From: an uncultured Acidobacteriota bacterium
GTDB taxonomy: Bacteria; Acidobacteriota; Thermoanaerobaculia; Multivoradales; JAHEKO01
Reading direction: 5' to 3'
Length of the DNA stretch: 64,000 nucleotides
Assembly (NCBI GenBank): GCA_963713825.1
Contig: CAVQNG010000001.1
Coordinates: 128,001-192,000, forward strand
Program-made: the position numbers and the translations under genes
Notes under the pieces: model-generated
Database searches by the model: none
Seen by the model: the letters and a program-made list of their open reading frames with translations, nothing else
Told to the model about the DNA's origin: nothing
In this document: positions 18,162 through 28,058 of the stretch, piece after piece
Position numbering within the stretch: the stretch's first letter is position 1
Layout of the letters: each line of letters begins with the position of its first letter

Positions 18162-18232
18162 TGGCGGAGGGGAAGGGATTCGACCACGGAGGGCTAATGT
18201 GCGTGAACGGTCGCCGGTTTTCAAGACCGGTG
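18162..18232 (-). pseudogene. Decayed 3' portion of tRNA-Ser(TGA); att-site-like remnant
   Basis: Minus strand CACCGGTC-TTGAAA-ACCGG anticodon arm, long variable region, damaged T-loop (GGTCGAATCC), 3' CCCCTCCGCCA; no acceptor 5' strand or D-arm. Confidence 0.8.
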
Positions 18233-18446
18233 TCTGGCTTGGGTCGACCTTTAGTGGAACTGCAGCAATTCTGACCACAGCCCTATCGTGGTCCACTCAG
18301 GGATCACCTGCACCGGTCCAACGTCCTGGCTTGGAAGAGGATGAACTCTGAGTCCGGTGGGGGAGAGAGTCGTCCCTAAAGTCTCTCGGACTACGACAGA
18401 CCACGCTCCAGAGTGTTTGCTCTATGTTTTCTCGGGCCGTTTTGGA

Positions 18447-18467
18447 ACTTAAAGTAATACTTTAAGT
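18447..18467. repeat. Perfect AT-rich inverted repeat next to the tRNA-Thr 3' end
   Basis: ACTTAAAGTA-A-TACTTTAAGT. Confidence 0.8.
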
Positions 18468-18503
18468 GTGGCCTTTAAACTCTTTGTTCCCAGAGGGATA
18501 AAG

Positions 18504-18579
18504 TGGAGCCGACGAGCGGACTCGAACCGCTGACCTGCTCATTACGAGTGAGCTGCTCTACCAGCTGAGCTACGTCGGC
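18504..18579 (-). tRNA. tRNA-Thr(CGT)
   Basis: GCCGACGTAGCTCAGCTGGTAGAGCAGCTCACTCGTAATGAGCAGGTCAGCGGTTCGAGTCCGCTCGTCGGCTCCA; 76 nt cloverleaf with encoded CCA. Confidence 0.97.
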
Positions 18580-18719
18580 TCTGGGTGGGCTTCGATCCAG
18601 CCCGGAGGCACAAGATACTAGGCGATTCGACGGCGCGGAGCAAGATCCGTGTCTGACACTTTCGCTGGTTCGCGTCAGGCGCGGCTGGACCTCGTTCCGG
18701 TATGCTCTGGGACCACGGT

Positions 18720-19595
18720 ATGAGCCAGGACCCCGCCATTACCAAGCGTGACCAGTCTGTGCGCAAGACTCTGGTCTGGGTCCTCGTCCTGAATCTGGTC
18801 GTCGCCACGGCGAAGCTGGCTGTCGGCTGGCTCAGCTCCAGCATCAGCATGGTGGCGGACGGCTTTCATTCCCTGACGGACAGTGCCTCCAACATCGTCG
18901 GACTGATCGGCATATCACTGGCTGGCAGACCCCCAGATGAAGATCATCCCTACGGGCATCGGAAGTTCGAAACCCTGGCGGCCCTGATGATTGGAGCCCT
19001 CCTCGCGTTGACGGCATGGGAGGTGCTCAAGAGCTGTCTGGAACGATTACGAGAGGGCGGAACGCCTGAAGCGACGCCGCTGACGTTCTGGGTCATGGGC
19101 ACGACCCTCCTGATCAATCTCGGTGTATCCACTTGGGAGCGGCGTGAAGGGGCCCGATTGAAGAGCGACCTGCTCAAGGCAGATGCTGCCCACACGCAAA
19201 GCGACGTCTACGCCTCGCTGGCGGTGATTGCGAGCCTGATCGCCGCCCGGATGGGCTTCCCTCAACTGGATCTAGTAGCGGCAGTCGTCATCACACTGGT
19301 GATTGCGCGAGCCGCCTTCCAGATTCTGAAGGAGAACGGCATGCTGTTGGCTGACACGGCCATGCTCCCAGCCGAAGAGGTGGCGTCGGTGGCGACTGAG
19401 GTGCCAGGTGTGCGTTCTGTCCACAAGATTCGCACCAGGGCGACGTCACGGGGAGGGAATGCGGATTTACACGTCCAGGTCGACGGTGGTCTGCCGCTCG
19501 AAGAGGCACACCGAATCGGTCACGCTGTCGCGGACAGACTCAAGGAGACGCTTCATTTCGAAGACGTACTCGTTCACGTCGAGCCCCCCGACTAG
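18720..19595 (+). CDS. Cation diffusion facilitator family transporter (FieF-like)
   Basis: ADGFHSLTD, HPYGHRKFE, ADAAHTQSD, HKIRTR, EEAHRIG, VHVEP. Confidence 0.92.
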   Translation: MSQDPAITKRDQSVRKTLVWVLVLNLVVATAKLAVGWLSSSISMVADGFHSLTDSASNIVGLIGISLAGRPPDEDHPYGHRKFETLAALMIGALLALTAWEVLKSCLERLREGGTPEATPLTFWVMGTTLLINLGVSTWERREGARLKSDLLKADAAHTQSDVYASLAVIASLIAARMGFPQLDLVAAVVITLVIARAAFQILKENGMLLADTAMLPAEEVASVATEVPGVRSVHKIRTRATSRGGNADLHVQVDGGLPLEEAHRIGHAVADRLKETLHFEDVLVHVEPPD

Positions 19596-19621
19596 GGACT
19601 CCGGATTAGAGCTCGAGGAAT

Positions 19622-20248
19622 CTACTTTTTGCGACGGGTGACCGAGCCTTCGAGGGACTTGAATTGGCGACCCTCTTCATTCGTGGTGTAGCCGACGACG
19701 ACAATCCGGCCATCCTGCGATAGATCCATCTCGACACGGCGGTCGATAACGAAGCCCGTAGCGGGGTCGCGGAAGGAGCCAAGGATTACGAGCTTCTTGC
19801 TATCCGGGTCGAACTTGCCGGTTTCGAGCAACATCGCCGTCGAGGCGGAATCGATATTGAGCAGCTCGTACTGGGCGGCCTCGTTGTTGTAACCGATAAA
19901 GCCGAGGGCCTCTAATACCACACCATCATCCGAGCGCACGTAGATCTCCTCACGCAGGTAGCGACCTCCGAGAACCCAACGTCTTTCGACGCTGGCGGTG
20001 ATCGAAACAGGGGCGGAGTCAGGAGCGTCCCAGATCGTTCCCTTGCCTTCCCAGGTGCCCACGATGGCTTCGAGGACCTGGTGGCCGTCGCCCGGCTCTC
20101 CGAGGCTGGCGATCCAGGAGTCCAGATCTTCGTCGGGTTGAATCTCCGTCGGCGTCGCCGGCTGTGCCTCGGCGACTCCACCCAAGGTCAGCACAGCGAT
20201 AATCAGAGTGGAGAGGAGAATCGACAGCGGTCGAGGTCGGTAGGTCAT
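19622..20248 (-). CDS. Secreted DUF1579 family protein
   Basis: Signal peptide; PG.GH..L..VGTWEG, LGGRYL.E, GFIGYNN motifs; AAGGAG RBS. Confidence 0.75.
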   Translation of the reverse strand: MTYRPRPLSILLSTLIIAVLTLGGVAEAQPATPTEIQPDEDLDSWIASLGEPGDGHQVLEAIVGTWEGKGTIWDAPDSAPVSITASVERRWVLGGRYLREEIYVRSDDGVVLEALGFIGYNNEAAQYELLNIDSASTAMLLETGKFDPDSKKLVILGSFRDPATGFVIDRRVEMDLSQDGRIVVVGYTTNEEGRQFKSLEGSVTRRKK

Positions 20249-20281
20249 GACGGTCTCCTTGCCCGGTCGAGCAGGGGGTGA

Positions 20282-20494
20282 TTAGCGATAGGAACGCCTT
20301 TTCGGGCGAGCGGCCTTCTTGCGGGACTTTTGGCGGTGCTGACTCCTCGGCACGCTGCGCTGCGAACCGTGCTTTCGATGTCTGGTCGATTGTCGTTGTG
20401 CCCAAAGTGCAGCTGGTAGGCCGAAGAGGACCAGGGTGCCTGTCGCTTCGAGGAGAGAGAGGAGATACTGCCGGCGTGTCACTTGCTCGGTCAT
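20282..20494 (-). CDS. Small protein with Tat-like signal and polycationic tail
   Basis: TRRQYLL twin-arginine motif, hydrophobic core, ALWA cleavage site, Arg/Lys-rich remainder; TACAAT box 9 nt upstream. Confidence 0.55.
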   Translation of the reverse strand: MTEQVTRRQYLLSLLEATGTLVLFGLPAALWAQRQSTRHRKHGSQRSVPRSQHRQKSRKKAARPKRRSYR

Positions 20495-20586
20495 CGGGAG
20501 TCGATTGTACTGCAGGCAATCTCGCTGGAGGGGTTGTCAGGCACACGCCCTCGAGCGGCGGGACAGGCTGAGTCGGATTGGCTTGA

Positions 20587-23500
20587 TCAGCCGGCCGCCG
20601 CAGCGGGCTCGACTTCGACCTCGGGCTCGGGCTGCACCGCATCGAGCTCGACAGAAACCAGGTTCGAGACCCCGCGCTCTTGCATGGTCACTCCATAAAG
20701 CAAGCTGGCTGCTTCCATGGTGAGCTTGTTGTGGGTGATGACCACGAACTGCGTGTCGCCCGACATCGTCCTGAGAAGCTCCACGAAGCGCAGTGTATTG
20801 ATGTCGTCCAGTGGAGCGTCGACCTCGTCGAGGATACAAAACGGCGATGGCTTCGCTTTGAAAAGGGAGAAGAGCAGAGCGATCGCCGTCAGCGCCTTCT
20901 CACCACCGGAAAGCAACATCAGATTCTGCAGTCGCTTGCCTGGGGGCCGGGCGACGATCTCGATGACCGTTTCCAGCACATCGTCCGGGTCGAGCAGTCG
21001 CATCTCTGCTTCGCCGCCGCGAAACAGCTCGACAAACGTCTTGCGGAAGTGCTCATTGACCGTTTCGAAGGTCTCTTTGAAGCGCTGGCTCGAAGTCTCG
21101 TTGATCTCTCGAATGGTCTCTGTGAGGCGCTTGACGGAGGCGCGGACGTCTGCCCGCTGCTCGGTGAGGAAGATGTGTCTCTCCGACTGCTCCTCGTACT
21201 CCTTGGCGGCCAGGAGATTGACCGGTCCGAGCCGTTCCATTGCCTGCCGGCGGCGGTCCAGGTCGACCTCGAGCTCGTCGAGGTTCTCCGGTGGGGCGCC
21301 GACTTCCGCGGGCGGCGCTTCGTTGAACTCCTCCTGGAAGAGGCCCACCAGGTGTTCTGATTCCTGTTTGAGACCCGCTTCCTTTACCCTGACTTCACTG
21401 GTCTCAGAGCGTAGCTCGTCCCTCTGATTTCGCGTCACCTCGATCTGTTCTTCCAGCTCCCGGACCTTGGCCCGGTGCTCGTCGAGTCGTTCCTGGACCG
21501 CCAGAACCTCTTTTTGCGAGATGTCGCGATTCTCGAGTGCCTGCTGCAGCTCCTGCTCCGAGCTCTTCATGGCCTCTCGGATCTCTCGGTCGCGGTTCTC
21601 GAGGTTCGATTCCAGCTCCGTCCACTGCTCGATCTGGTGTCGGTGCTGTTCGATCTCGCCCAGATAGCGAGTGATCTCGTCTTCGCTCGCCTCGAAGCGT
21701 TGCGCCAGCAATTCGAGGTGGCCCCGCCGGCTGACTCCAGAAGTGCGGGTCGCCTCGCGTTCCTGACGAACTTGATCGACCTCCTTCTGGGCGGCATCGA
21801 ATGCGGTCTCCAGCTCCCCGTGACTGACTTCGCTGCGGTGCAGCCTCTCGGCCAGGAAGGCGGCATCGTCGGCAACCTTGCCGATCTCCTTGTCGATGTC
21901 CTCGACTTCCTGCTGCAGCGTCCTGTGCTCTTCCTCCAAACGGTGCTTTCTCGCCGCAGCATCTCTCAGGCGTGCCTCGGCAACTGCGAGGGTCTGTCGA
22001 GCTTCGGAGATCTCGGCGTCGAGGCGGGCGATCGAACCCTCTTGTTCTCTGTGCTCGGCGGCCAGGGTCTCGATCTCCTGCGTCACCGCGGCGAGTTCCT
22101 TTTCGAGGGGCGGCAAGCGGTCCGCGATCGCGGCCAGCTCGTTCTCGCGCTCGAGCTGTCCCGGCCGAGCGCCGTGCCCCTGGACGTGGAGGACTCCGGC
22201 CTGAGCCCAGAGTCGGTCGCGGCTGATAAAGGCGATACCCGGATGCGAGCTGGCTAGGCGCCGAGCATCCCCAGCGCTTTCGACAAGGTAGGCCGGCGGT
22301 AGAGCATTGACCACGTCCTCTGGCAAGGAGAGCGCATCGCCCAAAGATGACCGGATCGCCGGGTCGTCTGGAGTTGCGGCGTCGGAAGGGAGCCCTCTCG
22401 GCTGCAGCAGGCTGCCGGTGGTTTGGCTGTCCTCCAGTGCCCGAGCCAGATCCAGAGCATTCACTCCGGCCTGCAAGACGACGGCATTCTCGAGCTCACC
22501 AAGATAGAGGTCGAGACTTGCCGTCCATTCCTCGGGCACCTTCAGGCTGTCACCGAGGAACGCAGCGTTCTCCAGGCCGGCTTTGGAGAGAGACTCTCGA
22601 ATCGCAGCGCGACGCCTTTCTTGCTCTTCGGAGAGCTGGGAGAGCAGACGCTGCCGCTGGCTGAGGTCGGTGAGCTCTTGTTCGAGCTCGTCCTGCGTGC
22701 CGGCCAACTCGGACTGCCGCCCCTTGAGCGCATCCAGCCGAGTCCTGTGCTCGGTGATGAGAGCCTCCTGTTCACCGACCATCGAGTGCAGCTCGCTCGT
22801 CGTCCCGTCAGTCTCATGGAGGTGTTTGTCGGCGAGAGCTACCTCGCGAGACTTCTTCTCCAGTTCTTGCTCGACGTGCCGACTCCTCAACTTGCCCTTC
22901 TCCCGCTCGACCTGCTCCTGATGGAGTCGATTGCGCAGCCCTGAGAGTTCGTTGATGGAGGAGAGAAGCCGCTCGCGGAGTGAAACCAGGCGCTCTTCCG
23001 CTTCGTTGGTCAAGGCCTCGACCTGCGCGATCCGGGCTTCGTCCTCGTTGACCTCGTTCTGAGCGCGGTCCCGATCCTCGCGGAGCCGGGTCACACGTTC
23101 CTGGCGTTCTGCGAGACCGCTCTCCAGCTGTACCAGACGGGCCTGGCGCTCTTCTGCGGTAGCGCGGCCGCCGGACACTCTCTCCGAGAGCTCCTGCAAC
23201 CGCTCTCTGGAGCCTTTCAGGAACTCCTGCTTGCCTTCGATGCTCGCGGCGAGATCGGCGACCTGGCTGTGCCGGTCGGCCAACTCGCGGGAGAGTCTGT
23301 CGAGCTCCTCCCGACTTTCGGCGTGGGTCGCCTCATGCCGATGCAGGCTGGCGGTTTGTTCGCTGTCGCGATTGACCAGCTCCTCGACCTGAGTGCGAAA
23401 ATCACCCAGTCTGATCTGAAGGTTGGTCCATCGGCCCTCCAACACTTGCCGTAGCAGGCTGTTGTAAGCCTCCTGCCGCTCGCCGAATCGCCGTGCCGCA

Positions 23501-24132
23501 TTGGATTGGCGCTTGAGGGACCGTAGCGATCGTTCTACCTCGGAGACAATGTCGTCGAGCCGGGCGAGGTTGGCCTTGGCTTCTTCCAGCTTCATTTCCG
23601 CCAGGCGTCGGCGCTCCCGGTAGCGAGTGATGCCAGCGGCCTCCTCGAGCAACCGGCGGCGCTCTTGGGGCTTGCCGGACAGGATCATGCCAATCTTGCC
23701 CTGCTCGATCATCGAGTAGGCCCGGATCCCCAGGCCGGTATCCATCAGGAGATCCCGAACGTCTTTGAGTCGGACGACCTTGCCATTGAGCAGATACTGG
23801 CTCTCGCCGGTTCTGAAGATTCGACGCCCGATGCGGATCCGCCCATCCTCGGCCTGGGCGAAGCCATTGTCGGTGAGCAGCTCGAGATTGACCTCGGCCA
23901 TGCCGAGGGGGCGGCGCGTCTTGGCGCCGGCGAAGATCACATCTTCCATCTTCTCGCCCCGCAGGCTCTTCGCACTGCGCTCTCCCAGCACCCAGACGAA
24001 GGCGTCGGCGATGTTGCTCTTGCCGCATCCGTTGGGTCCGACAATCGCGGTCAGGCGACCGGAGACTTCCAGGTTGACCGGATCGACGAACGATTTGAAG
24101 CCCGAGAGCTCGAGGCGGTTGAGCTTGAACAT
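20587..24132 (-). CDS. smc: Chromosome segregation protein SMC
   Basis: GFKSF, GPNGCGKSN Walker A, long coiled coils, LSGGEK signature, LDEVDAPLD, ITHN. Confidence 0.97.
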   Translation of the reverse strand: MFKLNRLELSGFKSFVDPVNLEVSGRLTAIVGPNGCGKSNIADAFVWVLGERSAKSLRGEKMEDVIFAGAKTRRPLGMAEVNLELLTDNGFAQAEDGRIRIGRRIFRTGESQYLLNGKVVRLKDVRDLLMDTGLGIRAYSMIEQGKIGMILSGKPQERRRLLEEAAGITRYRERRRLAEMKLEEAKANLARLDDIVSEVERSLRSLKRQSNAARRFGERQEAYNSLLRQVLEGRWTNLQIRLGDFRTQVEELVNRDSEQTASLHRHEATHAESREELDRLSRELADRHSQVADLAASIEGKQEFLKGSRERLQELSERVSGGRATAEERQARLVQLESGLAERQERVTRLREDRDRAQNEVNEDEARIAQVEALTNEAEERLVSLRERLLSSINELSGLRNRLHQEQVEREKGKLRSRHVEQELEKKSREVALADKHLHETDGTTSELHSMVGEQEALITEHRTRLDALKGRQSELAGTQDELEQELTDLSQRQRLLSQLSEEQERRRAAIRESLSKAGLENAAFLGDSLKVPEEWTASLDLYLGELENAVVLQAGVNALDLARALEDSQTTGSLLQPRGLPSDAATPDDPAIRSSLGDALSLPEDVVNALPPAYLVESAGDARRLASSHPGIAFISRDRLWAQAGVLHVQGHGARPGQLERENELAAIADRLPPLEKELAAVTQEIETLAAEHREQEGSIARLDAEISEARQTLAVAEARLRDAAARKHRLEEEHRTLQQEVEDIDKEIGKVADDAAFLAERLHRSEVSHGELETAFDAAQKEVDQVRQEREATRTSGVSRRGHLELLAQRFEASEDEITRYLGEIEQHRHQIEQWTELESNLENRDREIREAMKSSEQELQQALENRDISQKEVLAVQERLDEHRAKVRELEEQIEVTRNQRDELRSETSEVRVKEAGLKQESEHLVGLFQEEFNEAPPAEVGAPPENLDELEVDLDRRRQAMERLGPVNLLAAKEYEEQSERHIFLTEQRADVRASVKRLTETIREINETSSQRFKETFETVNEHFRKTFVELFRGGEAEMRLLDPDDVLETVIEIVARPPGKRLQNLMLLSGGEKALTAIALLFSLFKAKPSPFCILDEVDAPLDDINTLRFVELLRTMSGDTQFVVITHNKLTMEAASLLYGVTMQERGVSNLVSVELDAVQPEPEVEVEPAAAAG

Positions 24133-24182
24133 GGCGTACAGATTCCCTTGGCGGCGGAGGATACCAGAGCCGATTGGCCCAC

Positions 24183-24228
24183 CACAAGACCTTGTGGTGC
24201 TTGCAACGGCAGGGCGCGAGATCTAGTA
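24183..24228. promoter_or_regulatory. Tandem NrdR-box-like palindromes overlapping the predicted smc -35 element
   Basis: CACAAGACCTTGTG (24183-24196) and CGCGAGATCTAGTA (24215-24228), starts 32 bp apart. Confidence 0.5.
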
Positions 24229-24299
24229 GTGGTCGATCCGGCTCCTCTTGCGGCGGCGCACCTCTGGCACTTCGACTGGTCAGGGGGGCGAGAGAGTTG

Positions 24300-24329
24300 T
24301 TGACACTCGAGACGTGGGCGGCATACCAT
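24300..24329 (+). promoter_or_regulatory. Candidate sigma70 promoter of pyrRBC
   Basis: TTGACA-N18-TACCAT. Confidence 0.55.
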
Positions 24330-24364
24330 GCCAGCGATCTGGAGGGCTCGCCTTGTCAGGCGAA

Positions 24365-24904
24365 TTGAAGCTCAAAAAGAACGTTCTCAGCGAACAGCAG
24401 ATGTCGCGAATTCTTCGCCGCATGGCGGGGGAGATTCTCGAGCACAATGGGGGCGTCGAAGGCCTCACGCTGGTCGGCATCCGAACCCGGGGAGTTCCCC
24501 TGGCCGAGGCGCTGGCCGCCGAGATCGAACGATCCGAGGGGCAGAAAGTGCCTATCGGCGTGCTCGATATCACCCTCTATCGCGACGATCTGTCGGTCAT
24601 CGCACCTCAGCCGGTGGTGAAAGAGACGCGGCTCCCGGGTCCAGTGGAGGGTCAGACGCTGGTGCTGTGTGACGATGTGCTCTACACCGGCCGAACGATT
24701 CGGGCGGCCTTGGACGCTCTGACAGACTACGGACGTCCGAATGCAGTGCAACTGGCGGTCCTGATCGACCGTGGACACCGCGAATTGCCGATTCAGGCCG
24801 ACTTTGTAGGCCGCAAGATCGCCTCCGATAGGGACGAGCTCGTCGAGGTCCGCTTCGTCGCCACCGACGGAGAGGACAAAGTCATGATCATGGAACCCGA
24901 GTAG
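24365..24904 (+). CDS. pyrR: Bifunctional pyr operon regulator/uracil phosphoribosyltransferase
   Basis: GIRTRGVPLA, LDITLYRDDL, DDVLYTGRTIRAAL, DRGHRELPIQADFVG; TTG start inferred. Confidence 0.95.
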   Translation: MKLKKNVLSEQQMSRILRRMAGEILEHNGGVEGLTLVGIRTRGVPLAEALAAEIERSEGQKVPIGVLDITLYRDDLSVIAPQPVVKETRLPGPVEGQTLVLCDDVLYTGRTIRAALDALTDYGRPNAVQLAVLIDRGHRELPIQADFVGRKIASDRDELVEVRFVATDGEDKVMIMEPE

Positions 24905-24910
24905 ACATCG

Positions 24911-25848
<938 letters not shown>

Positions 25849-25852
<4 letters not shown>

Positions 25853-27138
25853 AGCTGGTCGTACGAGGCGGAAGGGTAGTCGATCCCAGTCAGGATCTGG
25901 ATGGCGTCTTCGAGATTCTCATCGAGGATGGGCTTGTCGCCCAGGTCGACGAAAAGGTCAAGGGCATCCGTGGTGCCGAGGTCTACGAGGCCAACGGCAT
26001 GGTGGTGTCGCCGGGGCTCATCGACATGCACGTGCATCTGCGGGAGCCCGGCCAGGAGTACAAGGAAACGGTTCGGACGGGCACCCTCGCTGCTGCTGCG
26101 GCGGGCTTCACATCGGTTGCCTGTATGCCCAACACGGCGCCTGTGATCGACAATCGGTCGGTGACGGAGCATGTGATGAAAGAGGCCAGGGAGGCGGGTT
26201 TCGCCAGGGTCTTTCCCATCGGGGCGGTCAGCAAGGGACAGCAGGGTGAGGAGCTGGCGGAGATCGGAGAGATGGTGACAGCCGGAGCCGTGGCCATCTC
26301 GGATGACGGATTCCCGGTCTCGAATGCCGAGCTGATGCGCCGCGCCCTGCTCTACGCCCAGCACTACGACATACCGGTCATCCAGCACGCCCAGGACCTC
26401 GATCTGAGTGCCGGTGGAGTCATGAACGAAGGGGAATGGTCGACGCGCCTTGGACTGCCGGGCGTGCCTGGCAGTGCCGAAGATGTGATGGTGGCGCGCG
26501 ATGTGTTGCTGTCTGAAGACACGGGCGGCCGCTACCACGTAGCCCACCTGTCGACAGCTCGCAGCCTGGATATGATTCGTCGGGCCAAGGGGCAAGGCCT
26601 GGCTGTGACGTGCGAAGTCACCCCTCACCACCTTGTGCTGACGGACGAAGCTGTCAGCGAAACAGGGTTCTCCACCAACACCAAGATGAACCCGCCACTG
26701 CGCTCCGAGCGGGATCGAGAGGCGCTGCTCAACGGCCTGGCGGACGGAACGATCGATGCGATCGCCAGCGACCATGCTCCGCACCATGCCGATGAGAAGG
26801 ACGTCGAATTCAGTGCAGCACCTTTCGGCGTCATCGGGTTGGAGACGAATCTCAGTATCTGTCTCGATCGCCTAGTCAGGCCCGGGATCATCTCCCTGAA
26901 CCGACTCGTAGAGCTCTTCACGGTTGGCCCTGCCCGGGTTTTGAACCTCCCTGTTGGCACCCTGAGGCCGGGAGCTCCGGGAGACCTGACGGTCTTCCAC
27001 CCCAAACGGCCCGTCACAGTCAGGGCGAAGCGATTTCGTAGCAAGGCTCGCAACACCCCGTTCGAAGGTTGGCGGCTCCGAGGTCGGCCGATCGCCACGA
27101 TCCTCGGCGGACGGGTTCTCAGTCGTCCCAAGCAGTAA
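25849..27138 (+). CDS. pyrC: Dihydroorotase
   Basis: [30 protein letters not shown]. Confidence 0.95.
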
Positions 27139-27194
27139 CACGAATCCCGCTCGGGACTCCGCTCGAGCTGCAGCGCCTCTGCGATAATGCGGCC

Positions 27195-28025
27195 ATGAAC
27201 GATGAGCTACTTGCAGGCGCCGTGGCGGCGGCCCAGGCTGGCGGCGAGGTGCTTCGTCGCCGGTTTGGAGACAGCTCGCTCGACGTCCAGACCAAGTCCG
27301 AGAACGACTTCGTGACGATCGCTGATCGCGAGAGCGAAGAGGCCGTACTGAAGTGTCTCGAGGATCGGTTCCCTGGGCACCGTGTGCTGAGCGAAGAGGC
27401 GGGCTATCGAGGCGGTGACGCCAGCGAATTCGAGTGGATCGTAGATCCTCTGGACGGGACAACCAACTTTTTGCAGGGGCTGCCGACCTATGCGGTTTCG
27501 GTTGCGTGCCGCAAGGGAGACGAGATGCTCGCCGCCGCCGTTCTGGCCCCGGACCGTGGTGACCTGTTCACGGCCTGTCTCGGCGGTGGCGCCTTCTGGA
27601 ATGATCGTCCGATCTCGGTGTCCAGCCGCGAGGGCCTGAAGGGGGCTTTCCTGGCCACGGGATACCCGTTCAAGGCCAAAGCGGCTCTCGGCCTCTATCT
27701 CGATGTGTTTCGAGACGTCTTCCTCGAAGCGCGGGCCATTCGGCGCTGCGGTGCGGCGGCTCTGGACCTGGCCTATACGGCTGCCGGAATCTTCGACGGG
27801 TTCTTCGAGTTTCGGCTGTCTGCCTGGGATGTGGCTGCCGGCGGGCTGTTGATCGAGGAGGCTGGAGGAGCCGTCAGCGACCTGAATGGGGGGCGGGATT
27901 TCTTGAGGACCGGAAATCTGCTTGCCGGCTCGCAAGCAGTGCAGGCGGACTTGCTCGAAGTCCTCGGTCGGCACGCTGGCGAAGCTGAGCTGGACGGGCT
28001 TGTGGAAAGGCCCTCAGTCGGTTGA
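27195..28025 (+). CDS. suhB: Inositol monophosphatase family protein
   Basis: DFVT.AD, SEE, WIVDPLDGTTNF, RRCGAAALDL, WDVAAG. Confidence 0.9.
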   Translation: MNDELLAGAVAAAQAGGEVLRRRFGDSSLDVQTKSENDFVTIADRESEEAVLKCLEDRFPGHRVLSEEAGYRGGDASEFEWIVDPLDGTTNFLQGLPTYAVSVACRKGDEMLAAAVLAPDRGDLFTACLGGGAFWNDRPISVSSREGLKGAFLATGYPFKAKAALGLYLDVFRDVFLEARAIRRCGAAALDLAYTAAGIFDGFFEFRLSAWDVAAGGLLIEEAGGAVSDLNGGRDFLRTGNLLAGSQAVQADLLEVLGRHAGEAELDGLVERPSVG

Positions 28026-28058
28026 GACGACTCGTGCTAGGGTCTTTTCGGAGCCCTT

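Noticed and set aside
18162-18232. Functional tRNA-Ser or tRNA-Sec
   Set aside because: The anticodon reads TGA (Ser), not TCA; the 5' acceptor strand and D-arm are missing and the T-loop is damaged.
24330-24364. PyrR attenuator in the pyrR leader
   Set aside because: The leader is too short and has no AGUCCAGAGAGG-type binding loop or terminator.
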